A stretch of 64,000 nucleotides of DNA from the NCBI GenBank assembly GCA_964654825.1, contig CAZZKG010000006.1, positions 3,478 to 67,477 on the forward strand, in the 5' to 3' direction. The stretch is from an uncultured Gemmatimonadota bacterium (lineage in GTDB: Bacteria; Gemmatimonadota; CAZMKB01). Below, piece after piece: positions 20,079 to 29,551 of this stretch; positions within the stretch are counted from its first letter, which is position 1, and every line of letters starts with the position of its first letter. Position numbers and translations under genes: made by a program. A model generated the notes under the pieces. The model was not told the DNA's origin and searched no databases. It worked only from the letters and a program-made list of their open reading frames with translations.

Positions 20079-20567
20079 TGAAAGCCGAACTCCGTGTGAA
20101 GTGTGTGGTAAACAACTTCCGGCATGACATATCCCGAATCGAGTTCATTATACCAGAGAAAATCTGTCGTGTCAAGCTCAGGCAGTTCTTTTCCCTGATC
20201 AGAACCCGAGGTCGACCGACACTTTCGAAAAAGGATATCAATTCTGCCATGAAGAACTACCTTCACCGGTTGTCTGGGGATTTCCTGGATGAGGACATGA
20301 CCAGCTCTGCGGCTTCATAAAGCGAGCCATAGATCAAACAGGTCCCGCCCCTTCTTTCGTTGATAGAGAGCACACAACTTGGTGCCGAGTAACTATTCCA
20401 GTTGGTAGCTGATGATATCGGTTTGACCCGTGAATCAGGAGAGAATGCTTTTTAAAGGATTTTCTTCAGCTCAATAACAGGATAAATTAGGAATGCGAAA
20501 TTCGAAGGCATGTGATTTGTTATTTAATGATTGTGAATTACATTTCTTTCAACAAGGAGACTTCATG

Positions 20568-21459
20568 TATGAAAGCACCTGAGGATTTCAGATCCATCGA
20601 TCTTCAAGAAATTGTAATGCTCGCACAGAAAGCACTTACAGTGAATGGCATCAGCGAAAAAAACGCGGCTGCTATTGTGCGAGCTTACCTGGAGGCTGAA
20701 AAATGCCAGAAACGATCTCACGGATTTAAGCTGATTCCCTGGATTTAGGAACAATTCAAGAATATTGAGCCAGGCATTCCCACTGTGTTATCGAAGACTT
20801 CCAGTTCAATACTTCTTGATGGTGCAGCAAACCCGGGCCCACCTGTTGCTGAATTACTGGTCGATGAATTGCTTGATCTTACCGAGAAGACAGCGGTTGC
20901 AATCGGGGGCATTTGTAATGCAGGGCACATCGGTGTGCTTGCCTATTATGCACAAATGTTTTCCCAAAAAAACCGAATTGCATTGATTTTTGCAACCACA
21001 CCTTCTGTTACCGTGCCAATGGATGGAAAACTACATGTCTTGGGAACTAACCCGCTGTGCATTGCTGTTCCAACCAAAAACGATCCAATCATATTGGATA
21101 TGGGAACCACAGCCATTACATACCATGCATTGCTGAATTCCAAAACGAATGGGCATGAGCTGCCGGACAATGTGGCGCTTGATAAAGAAGGAAATCCAAC
21201 GAAAAATCCTGAGATTGCCGATCCGACCCGGTTGTTGACCTTTGGAGGATATAAAGGGTTCGGCATTTCCTTGATGATCGAAATATTGACGGGAGCATTG
21301 ACTGGTTGGCGAATCGGCGCTCAGAAAGCGAGGGAAATCAAGAACGACAGATTCGCAACTACTATGATCGTGGTTCGAGCAGATGCGTTTGTCGATGAAA
21401 AATTGTTTATAGAACTAGTGCTCTGTCATGTAAGAAGTGGCGTAAAGATTACGAAGTAA
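20568..21459 (+). pseudogene. Ldh_2 family (malate/L-lactate/sulfolactate dehydrogenase-like) oxidoreductase interrupted by in-frame TAG (20749-20751), within a low-GC island
   Basis: SHGFKLIPWI-TAG-EQFKNIEPG...LLDGAANPGPP spans the conserved SHG...DG.NG.G Ldh_2 region. Both ORFs share a frame. AAGGAGA RBS before ATG 20568. Local GC is visibly lower (~42%) than the flanks. Confidence 0.55.
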
Positions 21460-21505
21460 TTTTGTCTGCCTGCAAGGCTCGACTGAAGGAGCATAGCAGG
21501 GCTAT

Positions 21506-21757
21506 GTGACTGATGGAGCAACGCTGCAGGCAGATAAAAGAACAAGTAAGATACGTCAGTTGTTACATGACAGGGCACTAGTTGAATTGCTCAAGAAGGA
21601 TATCGCAGAGTCTCAAGAGATTGCAATTCCACGGCTTCCACACAGTGAGTCGATCTCAGCAAAAAGAATGCATGAAAAATCTGACACTATTGATATTCCC
21701 GTTGAACTACTTGAAACTCTGAAGTCTTTAACGGGACAGCATTCAAGCGACAACTGA
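21506..21757 (+). CDS. Small hypothetical protein in low-GC island
   Basis: 83-aa ORF, no recognisable domain. Same low-GC segment as the Ldh_2 pseudogene. Confidence 0.2.
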   Translation: MTDGATLQADKRTSKIRQLLHDRALVELLKKDIAESQEIAIPRLPHSESISAKRMHEKSDTIDIPVELLETLKSLTGQHSSDN

Positions 21758-21869
21758 ATCCGGCATTATCTTTTATTGACTATCAATAAAAATCAGTCCG
21801 AACGAACTGCGCGCTCGAGGAGCCTTGTGAGCATGTCAGTACTCCTTTCAACCGCTTCCAGCACCTCGC

Positions 21870-21897
21870 AATAAATGGTGACTGTCCCTATTTAGAG
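21870..21897. repeat. REP copy inserted at the 3' end of the PNP gene, supplying its last two codons and the TAG stop
   Basis: AATAAATGGTGACTGTCCCTATTTAGAG. It is flanked by two diverged ~60-bp copies of the gene's 3' coding end (21813-21870 and 21903-21963). Confidence 0.75.
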
Positions 21898-22925
21898 TGA
21901 ACTGCACGCTTGAGGAGGCAGGTGAGCTTGCCGGCGCTTCTTTCAACCGCGTCGAGTACCTCGCGGTGGGTGGTCCGGTGCCCGGGCCCGGAAGTGGGAT
22001 TTTCCGAAGAAGCCGTACCGGTGGACTTCGATGAGCCTGTTTCCTCGACAGGGGAGATTGAGAGATCCCGGCTCTCATATCGGTAGACGTGTGAATAGGT
22101 GTTGGTGATGAGGGAGATACAGGCCGTCTTCAGTCCGATGTGATTCGCGATGATCGTTTCAGGGATACTCGACATGGTGACCGCGTCGATTCCCATATTC
22201 CTGAGAGCGGCGATCTCGGCGATGGTCTCATACCCCGGGCCCGGTAGCGCGGCCAGGACACCGCGGGAGAGGGGGACACCTTCGTCCACTGCGGCACGCT
22301 CGATCCTACGCATGAGCCCGGGATCGAACGGTTCGACCATATCTACGAACCTCCCTATCCCTCTCACCCACATTTCTCTGAGCGGGCTTCGCCAGGATAG
22401 GTTCACATGATCACGAACGAGGAGGATATCACCGGGATCTAGACGAGGAGAAACACCTCCGGAGGCGCAGGTCATAATGATCTCGTTCACTCCGAGAGAT
22501 CTAACGAGACACAATGGATAGGCAATGTCCTCCGCGGCGATCCCCTCGTAGTAGTGGACTCGGCCGTCCAAGACGAGCACACGCGTGTCCCCCAGGGTGC
22601 CCCAGTGGAGCAGGCCGGCGTGTCCTTCGACACCCGGGACTGACATCCCGGGGATGTCCCGGTAGGAAAAGGTGTGGGAATTTTTCATCTCTCGGGGGAT
22701 CGCACCGAATCCGGACCCGAGGACCAGGCAGACATCCGCCCCGCCCATCCCTCTCTGCTTCAGATCAGCCGCCGCGGCTCTGCTGATTTTCAGAAGATGC
22801 TCCAGGCCGTCCCCGACACTCCTGCCTTTAACGCCGAATGTCGAGCCGGTATACAAGAGCGCCTTCCCGAGGAGAGTGGTAATAGTCCTTCTGAACCATG
22901 ACAAATGTGAACCCATTTTTTTCAT
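21888..22925 (-). CDS. Purine nucleoside phosphorylase family protein (PNP/MTAP type)
   Basis: CLVLGSGFG, HAGLLHWG, MTCASGG, ETIAEIAALRNMGIDAVTMSSIPE motifs of PNP_UDP_1. The true start is probably internal, because the track start overlaps rimI by ~100 nt. Confidence 0.75.
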   Translation of the reverse strand: MKKMGSHLSWFRRTITTLLGKALLYTGSTFGVKGRSVGDGLEHLLKISRAAAADLKQRGMGGADVCLVLGSGFGAIPREMKNSHTFSYRDIPGMSVPGVEGHAGLLHWGTLGDTRVLVLDGRVHYYEGIAAEDIAYPLCLVRSLGVNEIIMTCASGGVSPRLDPGDILLVRDHVNLSWRSPLREMWVRGIGRFVDMVEPFDPGLMRRIERAAVDEGVPLSRGVLAALPGPGYETIAEIAALRNMGIDAVTMSSIPETIIANHIGLKTACISLITNTYSHVYRYESRDLSISPVEETGSSKSTGTASSENPTSGPGHRTTHREVLDAVERSAGKLTCLLKRAVHSK

Positions 22926-23301
22926 AGAGGTTTATCGCGGGATGGTTCGATTCACGCACCTGGAGAAAGAGTGACGCGACACCCATTTCACGGCACTGAT
23001 CGATCACGAAGTGCAGCATGCTCTCTCCGATACCCGTTCTCCTGGCCCGCTCATCGACGGCGATGTTCCACAACTCCGCGTAATCATCGATTGCACCGAA
23101 GATCGTGTAGGCGATGATCCGGCCCTCGAGTACACCAACGTAACTGAAGGAAAATTCGTCATCGAGCACATTGAGAAAACTCTGCTCCGACCAGGGTATT
23201 GAAAAATTCTTCCGCTCGAGTTCCGCGACGACCGGGATGTTCTCCCTCGTCATGGATGCGATTCTGAGTCGGTCGGGATTCTCTACACGCTTTTCTTCCA
23301 T
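22828..23301 (-). CDS. rimI: Ribosomal-protein-alanine N-acetyltransferase (GNAT)
   Basis: GNAT motifs LWNIAVDERARRTGIGESML...NHPAINLYEKNGF. Located next to tsaB/tsaE as in the canonical tsaB-rimI arrangement. Start chosen at MEEKR. Confidence 0.75.
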   Translation of the reverse strand: MEEKRVENPDRLRIASMTRENIPVVAELERKNFSIPWSEQSFLNVLDDEFSFSYVGVLEGRIIAYTIFGAIDDYAELWNIAVDERARRTGIGESMLHFVIDQCREMGVASLFLQVRESNHPAINLYEKNGFTFVMVQKDYYHSPREGALVYRLDIRR

Positions 23302-23990
23302 TTCACCACTGCCTCGGGCGATCTGATGTACGACGGTTCGAACGACGCCGGATCCTTGACGAGGTATGCATCTCCGGTGACACAAACGCGGTGTCCCAGA
23401 ACACTCGCCCGCGGGACCCCCGCCGCTCCGGGCGCGAAACGGGCTCTGTCTCCAAGCCTGTCCGCGATCAACTCCCGATATGTCACACTCCCCTCACCGG
23501 CGAACAGGCAGACCTTGTCCACGTCGATCGTGTCCAGAAACTCCTCCGGAGGAAGCGACACCGGGGCCAGGAGTGTATCGAGTTTTGAGTTGTCCCATCG
23601 ATATACGGCGGCATACACTTCACCCTTCCTGGCGTCTAGTAACGAGCAGACAGGAATATTACAGAACATGAAACCGGCGGCGATGGTCTCGAGCGTGCTC
23701 ACCGCGTAGAGTTTTCTGCCCGTGCTTTGAATGAAGCCTTTCGCGAATCCAACCCCAACCCGGAGGCCCGTGAAGGAACCGGGACCTCCCGATACAGCGA
23801 TCGCCCGGATATCCTCCATGTTGAGACCGGAATCCCTGATGAGGTATTCGATCCGGCTCACCAGGGGACCGGAGTGATCCCTCCTGATCAGCGTCCCGGT
23901 TTCAGCAATGAGTGAGGTGCCTCGAAGCAGACTCGCCGAGCTCCACATGGTCGCCGTCTCCAGGGCGAGTAGAACTGTCGATCCATTCAC
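23283..23990 (-). CDS. tsaB: tRNA threonylcarbamoyladenosine biosynthesis protein TsaB
   Basis: LALETATMWSSASL...AVSGGPGSFTGLRVGVGFAKG, the inactive Kae1/YeaZ paralogue signature. Confidence 0.85.
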   Translation of the reverse strand: MNGSTVLLALETATMWSSASLLRGTSLIAETGTLIRRDHSGPLVSRIEYLIRDSGLNMEDIRAIAVSGGPGSFTGLRVGVGFAKGFIQSTGRKLYAVSTLETIAAGFMFCNIPVCSLLDARKGEVYAAVYRWDNSKLDTLLAPVSLPPEEFLDTIDVDKVCLFAGEGSVTYRELIADRLGDRARFAPGAAGVPRASVLGHRVCVTGDAYLVKDPASFEPSYIRSPEAVVKWKKSV

Positions 23991-24472
23991 GCGACGACCT
24001 CCAGGTTCTCGAGAAGATCCCGGGCCTCATCACCACGGGCCACGAGAGTCAGTTTCCTCTCCAACTCATTTATATAGTTGAAAGATACATCGAGGCCGGG
24101 AGGTGGGATCCTGCCTTCTGCTTTTTCAGCCCACTCAAGGATGCTCACGGATTCTCTTCTGCCGAGGATATCATCGAAACCGATACTCTCGAGCTCTTCT
24201 TCGGTATCGACACGGTAGAGATCCAGGTGATAAACAGGCAATCTGCCCTGGTACTCGTTGACGATGATGAAACTCGGACTTGTCATGATATCAATAACCC
24301 CGAGCCCCCGACCGATACCGCCGGCGAGGACGGTTTTTCCACTTCCGAGCTCTCCCGTGAGGGCGATATTGAACCGGCCCTTGATCAGGCGGCCGATGGC
24401 ATCTCCGAAACGAGCCGTCTCATCAGATCCTCTGGTTACGATACTGAATTCCTTCAATTCTGACTTCCCCAT
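23987..24472 (-). CDS. tsaE: tRNA threonylcarbamoyladenosine biosynthesis ATPase TsaE
   Basis: [23 protein letters not shown]-loop, VYHLDLYR motif, ~160 aa. Confidence 0.85.
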   Translation of the reverse strand: MGKSELKEFSIVTRGSDETARFGDAIGRLIKGRFNIALTGELGSGKTVLAGGIGRGLGVIDIMTSPSFIIVNEYQGRLPVYHLDLYRVDTEEELESIGFDDILGRRESVSILEWAEKAEGRIPPPGLDVSFNYINELERKLTLVARGDEARDLLENLEVVA

Positions 24473-26508
24473 CCACTCTTCCGGGAATGCCTCCCGTCGC
24501 CTGCACTTTTTCCACTCACCTTCCCCCTCCCGAGTTCTGCTTTTACCTCGAGATACTGGTCCCGGAGGATCGCCGCTCTCTCGAACTCGAGATTTTTCGC
24601 AGCTTCTTCCATCTCCGATTCGATAACTTTGAGAAATTCCCCGAGCTCCATTTCTCCCCTGAGATCGATCCGGGATCCTGAGGGTGCCTCGGGTGTCTTC
24701 GAATCAGCTACCGATGTAGTCAGAAGCACCTGCTCCTTCGATTTTCTTATTGTTCGAGGAGTGATTCCGTGCTTCCTGTTGTACTCGAACTGGATTTCCC
24801 TCCTCCTCACTGTTTCCTCTATTGCCCTCTTCATGGACCCTGTTTCGGAGTCTGCGTACATGATCACCTTACCGTTGACATTCCGGGCCGTCCTCCCCAT
24901 GGTCTGGATGAGTGCAGTCTCGGACCGGAGAAACCCTTCCTTATCGGCATCGAGTATAGCCACGAGGGAAACTTCCGGAAGATCGAGCCCTTCCCTGAGC
25001 AGGTTGATACCGATGAGACAGTCGAATACTCCGAGCCGGAGATCACGGATGATTTCCATTCTCTCGATGGCACCGACCTCGGCGTGCATGTATCTCACTC
25101 TCACACCAACATCCCCGAGGTACTCGGTGAGATCCTCGGCCATTCTCTTGGTAAGGGTGGTCACCAGTACCCTCTCACTTTTCGCAGCCCGTTTTCTTAT
25201 CTGACCGATGAGGTCATCGATCTGACCACGTACCGGTTTTATCTCGACCTCGGGATCGATGAGCCCGGTGGGTCGAATGATCTGTTCGACAACCATCTTG
25301 TAGGAATTTCTCAATTCGTACTCTCCCGGAGTTGCAGAGACGAAGATAACACTGTCGATGAGTGATTCGAACTCGTCGAAGACAAGTGGGCGGTTGTCGA
25401 GGGCGCTGGGTAGCCTGAAGCCATGCTCCACGAGCGTACTCTTTCGGGAACGATCCCCTCTATACATTCCACGGATCTGGGGAACTGTGACATGGGATTC
25501 ATCGATGACCATCAGGAAATCATCGGGAAAATAGTCAATTAGGCATGCCGGCCGTTCTCCCGGCTCCCTTCCCGAGAGGTACCGGGCATAGTTCTCTATA
25601 CCGGTACAGTAACCCATCTCGAGCATCATCTCGATATCGTATCTGGTCCGCATTTCGAGCCGCTGGGCCTCGAGCAGCTTCCCTAGGGACTTCAGCTCAC
25701 CGAGACGCTCCTTCAACTCGACTCGTATCTGTTCCACGGCCACCTTGAGTCGGGGATAGGTCGTGACGAAGTGTTTGGCGGGGTAAATACCACAGGATTC
25801 CATTTCCCTGATTGCCGTCCCGGTGAGAGGATCAAACCGGGAGATCCGTTCGACTTCGTCACCGAGGAACTCGATACGAATCGCGGTCTCGTCATAACTC
25901 GGAAAGATCTCCATAACATCACCGCGCACCCGGAACCTCCCCCGCTCGAAGGCCAGGTCATTCCTGTCATACTGCATATCGACGAGCCTTCTGATCACGT
26001 TGTCCCGGCCGATGGTTTCACCCCGCCGGCAGTAAAGCAGCATCTCCCTGTATTCTTTCGGCGATCCGAGCCCGTATATGGCCGACACGCTCGCCACGAC
26101 GATGACATCTTCTCTCTCAATGAGAGATGATGTAGCCTTGAGACGGAGTCTGTCAATGTCCTCGTTGATTGATGCGTCCTTCTCGATATAGGTGTCGGTG
26201 GAGGGGACGTAGGCTTCCGGCTGATAATAATCGTAGTAGGAGATAAAATATTCGACGGCGTTCTCGGGGAAGAACTGTTTGAGCTCACCATAGAGCTGAG
26301 CGGCGAGTGTCTTGTTGTGAGACATGACGAGGGCGGGCCTCCCGTATGCTGCGATCACATGAGCAATCGTGAACGTTTTTCCTGATCCCGTAACCCCGAG
26401 CAGAGTCTGATACCTGGCCCTGTTTTTCAGATTACGAGTGAGCTGCTCGATCGCGGCAGGCTGGTCACCCTTCGGTTCATGGATGGTTTCCAACTGGAAC
26501 AGGCTCAT
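24454..26508 (-). CDS. uvrB: Excinuclease ABC subunit B
   Basis: [19 protein letters not shown], helicase motifs, C-terminal UVR domain. 684 aa. Confidence 0.95.
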   Translation of the reverse strand: MSLFQLETIHEPKGDQPAAIEQLTRNLKNRARYQTLLGVTGSGKTFTIAHVIAAYGRPALVMSHNKTLAAQLYGELKQFFPENAVEYFISYYDYYQPEAYVPSTDTYIEKDASINEDIDRLRLKATSSLIEREDVIVVASVSAIYGLGSPKEYREMLLYCRRGETIGRDNVIRRLVDMQYDRNDLAFERGRFRVRGDVMEIFPSYDETAIRIEFLGDEVERISRFDPLTGTAIREMESCGIYPAKHFVTTYPRLKVAVEQIRVELKERLGELKSLGKLLEAQRLEMRTRYDIEMMLEMGYCTGIENYARYLSGREPGERPACLIDYFPDDFLMVIDESHVTVPQIRGMYRGDRSRKSTLVEHGFRLPSALDNRPLVFDEFESLIDSVIFVSATPGEYELRNSYKMVVEQIIRPTGLIDPEVEIKPVRGQIDDLIGQIRKRAAKSERVLVTTLTKRMAEDLTEYLGDVGVRVRYMHAEVGAIERMEIIRDLRLGVFDCLIGINLLREGLDLPEVSLVAILDADKEGFLRSETALIQTMGRTARNVNGKVIMYADSETGSMKRAIEETVRRREIQFEYNRKHGITPRTIRKSKEQVLLTTSVADSKTPEAPSGSRIDLRGEMELGEFLKVIESEMEEAAKNLEFERAAILRDQYLEVKAELGRGKVSGKSAGDGRHSRKSGWGSQN

Positions 26509-28655
26509 TTTTTCAATCTCACTGAATATCCGCTTCGGTGGACGCTGACAACACCTTTTATTTTATTTATCCGTTTTACGATATCCCGGAGTTTTTTGAT
26601 GTCTTCGACATCGACGAGAAAAGTCGCTACGAATTGAAAACCTTTTGTTTTCACGACGGCACTGCCGATGTTCGTCGATGTTTCGGCGATGACACCGGCA
26701 ATGTCCGCGACCAGCCCCTTCCTGTCATCCGCCGTTACGATAAGCTTCGCGAGGTAGAGCACCCCCTTCTCTCCATGCCAATCGACATCGACGACACGCT
26801 GAGAATCCATATCGCTCCGGTTGATATTGGGGCAGTCGGCCCTGTGGATGGATATACCCTGCCCCCGGGTGATATAACCTTTGACCTCATCACCGGGAAT
26901 GGGCTGACAACACTGGGAATAACGAACCAGGATATCATCGATACCACCCACTCTGATCGGAGCTCTCGGTGGTTTTGTGCCCGTAAGTATCTTATGTACA
27001 GATGGGATCTTTGCCCGGGGAGTTTGAAAGCAGTCCTTGAAGGCTAGCTTCAAAACAGACAGTGTGGACACATCACCTCTCCCGACCGCAGCGATCAGGT
27101 TTCTGGCGGACTTGTACCGCATTGCTCTGGCCGCTGCTTCGAGAGTACGATCGTTCGGCTTTGGAGTACCCAGCCTGCGCCCCTCCCGTTCGAGCATATT
27201 CCTCCCGAGACTCATGGCCTTTCGAGACTCATCTTTCTTGAGGACCTGGCGGATCTTACTTCTCGCGCTGGATGTTTTGACTAGCAGCAGCCAGTCCCGC
27301 TTCGGTTTCGCTCTCGGGCTGGTCAGGATCTCGACTGTGTCACCGCTTTTGAGCTTCCGGGAAAGAGGAGCGATTACTCCGTTCACTTTCGCACCTGAGC
27401 ACCGCAGACCGACCTCCGTGTGCACGGTGAAAGCGAAATCTATCGGGGTCGATCCGGCTGGAAGTTCTTTGAGTTCCCCTTTCGGTGTGAAAACGAAGAT
27501 CTCTCTCTGGAACACATCGATCTTGAGGAAATCCATGAAATCCTTCGGGTCGGTCATCTCGTGGAGCAGCTGAATAACCTGCCTGAACCACGACAGTTTT
27601 TCATCCAGTGGATCGGAGCCTTCTCTCCCTTCCTTGTACTTCCAGTGGGCGGCGATTCCGTACTCCGCCGTTCTGTGCATCTCGTGAGTCCGGATCTGGA
27701 ACTCGAAGAGGTTGCCTTCGGTACCGAATATGGTCGTGTGAAGCGACTGGTACATATTGGGTTTCGGGGTTGCTATGAAGTCCTTGAACCTCTCCCCGAG
27801 TGGTGTCCACAGTGAATGAATGATACCGAGAACGTGGTAACACTCTTTGATGGTGTTGACGAGAATACGGATAGCCATGAGATCGTAGATCTCATCGAAC
27901 GCCAGGTTGTCCTTCTTCATTTTCCTGTAGATGCTGTAGAGGTGCTTCATGCGGCTCTTGATGTCGGCGTTTATGCCTGCTCCCCTCAACTCTTTTACGA
28001 GGGATTGTGTGACCAACCGGATGAGCCTGTCTTTCTCCAGGGTCTTGATGCCGACGAGTTCTTCGAGCTTCTGGTACTCCTGTGGCTCGAGGTGCTTGAA
28101 CGACAGGTCCTCCAGCTCGGCTTTCATCGTAGCGATACCGAAGCGGTGAGCCAGCGGCGCGTATATTTCTCTCGTCTCCATCGCGATGCGCTCTCTCCTT
28201 GTCGACGGCAGCGAATCGAGCGTCCGCATGTTGTGAAGCCGATCAGCCAGCTTGATGAGCATAATTCTGATATCCTTGGAAATGGAGAGGAGCATTTTCC
28301 GGTAGTTTTCGACCTGGCGCCGCTCGAGGGAGGAAATCTGAAATTTGGATATATTGGTGAGCCCGTCGACGATCCTGGCTATCTCATCACCGAAGGCGGC
28401 CTGCACATCAGTGAGTGTCCTTGCGGTATCCTCGACAACATCATGGATGAGAGCGCTGGCGATCGTGACGCTGTCGAGATTGAGTCCGAGGAGAATCTCC
28501 ACAACACCGGCAGGATGCGAGATATATTTATCCCCGGACTCCCGCCGCTGTCCCTGGTGGGCCTCCTCGCTGAAAAGGTAGGCCTTCTCGATCAGATCCA
28601 TATCGAGATGGTCCCCCCCCGCCCTGATTTTCGTCATCAATGAATCCACGGACAC
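26505..28655 (-). CDS. relA: Bifunctional (p)ppGpp synthetase / hydrolase (RelA/SpoT family)
   Basis: HD domain [15 protein letters not shown]...HDVVEDT, synthetase domain, TGS and ACT regions. 716 aa. Confidence 0.9.
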   Translation of the reverse strand: MSVDSLMTKIRAGGDHLDMDLIEKAYLFSEEAHQGQRRESGDKYISHPAGVVEILLGLNLDSVTIASALIHDVVEDTARTLTDVQAAFGDEIARIVDGLTNISKFQISSLERRQVENYRKMLLSISKDIRIMLIKLADRLHNMRTLDSLPSTRRERIAMETREIYAPLAHRFGIATMKAELEDLSFKHLEPQEYQKLEELVGIKTLEKDRLIRLVTQSLVKELRGAGINADIKSRMKHLYSIYRKMKKDNLAFDEIYDLMAIRILVNTIKECYHVLGIIHSLWTPLGERFKDFIATPKPNMYQSLHTTIFGTEGNLFEFQIRTHEMHRTAEYGIAAHWKYKEGREGSDPLDEKLSWFRQVIQLLHEMTDPKDFMDFLKIDVFQREIFVFTPKGELKELPAGSTPIDFAFTVHTEVGLRCSGAKVNGVIAPLSRKLKSGDTVEILTSPRAKPKRDWLLLVKTSSARSKIRQVLKKDESRKAMSLGRNMLEREGRRLGTPKPNDRTLEAAARAMRYKSARNLIAAVGRGDVSTLSVLKLAFKDCFQTPRAKIPSVHKILTGTKPPRAPIRVGGIDDILVRYSQCCQPIPGDEVKGYITRGQGISIHRADCPNINRSDMDSQRVVDVDWHGEKGVLYLAKLIVTADDRKGLVADIAGVIAETSTNIGSAVVKTKGFQFVATFLVDVEDIKKLRDIVKRINKIKGVVSVHRSGYSVRLKK

Positions 28656-28679
28656 CGCACTCCTCGATATGACAGCGAA

Positions 28680-29369
28680 TCAGATACTGCCCATCTCTTT
28701 GAAGCTGATAAAACTGTCCTCACCGATAATGACGTGATCGAACACCTCGATACCAAGAACCTCACCGGCCTGTTTGAGCTGGCTGGTGACCCGGTGATCC
28801 TCACTGCTCGGGAACGGATTACCGCTCGGGTGATTGTGAACGAGCACGAGCGCTGCCGACGATTCGACGATCGCCTCTCTGAACACCTCTCTCGGATGAA
28901 TGACGCTGCTCGTCAAACCACCCTTCGATACTACTAACTCCTTAACGAGTTCGTTCTGTCCGTTGAGGAGAAGGACAACGAACATCTCCTGTTTCATGCC
29001 TGTCAGGAGGGGCGAAAGAAGGTCAAACACATCCTCAGGGGAGCTGATCCTGCGTCTCTTCTTGCCCTTCTCACGCACCAGCCGCTTACCGATTTCCAGC
29101 GCCGCCTTGATCCTCACGGCTCTCACCCGGCCCATCCCGGTCAACCCGGTGAGTTCGGTCAAACTTCTGCTGTCTAATTCCCTGAGGGAACCGAATGTAT
29201 TCAGAAGTTCTCTTGCAACATCGACAGCGCTTCCGGGAGAACTGCCGGTATCCAGGAGCAGGGCCAGGAGTTCAGATAATGACAAGGCCCCTGGTCCCAG
29301 ACCCTCGAACCTCTCCCTCGGGCCATCCTCCAGGGGCAGGAATTGATTTTTCCCTCTCTCCTTCTTCAT
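28680..29369 (-). CDS. radC: DNA repair protein RadC (JAB/MPN domain, UPF0758)
   Basis: PRERFEGLGPGALSLSELLALLLDTGS N-terminal HhH, HNHPSG JAMM motif. Confidence 0.85.
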   Translation of the reverse strand: MKKERGKNQFLPLEDGPRERFEGLGPGALSLSELLALLLDTGSSPGSAVDVARELLNTFGSLRELDSRSLTELTGLTGMGRVRAVRIKAALEIGKRLVREKGKKRRRISSPEDVFDLLSPLLTGMKQEMFVVLLLNGQNELVKELVVSKGGLTSSVIHPREVFREAIVESSAALVLVHNHPSGNPFPSSEDHRVTSQLKQAGEVLGIEVFDHVIIGEDSFISFKEMGSI

Positions 29370-29551
29370 CTCACCACCTCCACCCACAAAATCACCACCT
29401 ACAGATGGCTATCAGGGTCCTCAACTGTCCTAGCGTGCCATCGGACTTCCACCTCATCGGAGAGAGAACTCACTTGCAAATTTATCAGATCCGTGCAAAA
29501 AAATCAAGCTGTGGCTACCGATATATGGTGATCGGTACCACGTTGAAATGA

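Noticed and set aside
1269-20751. UAG recoding (e.g. pyrrolysine or a suppressor code) as an explanation for the in-frame TAGs
   Set aside because: TAG terminates well-conserved genes in the same window (7988 gene, PNP). No pyl genes are seen. Both interrupted genes are also truncated at their C-termini, which fits decay better.
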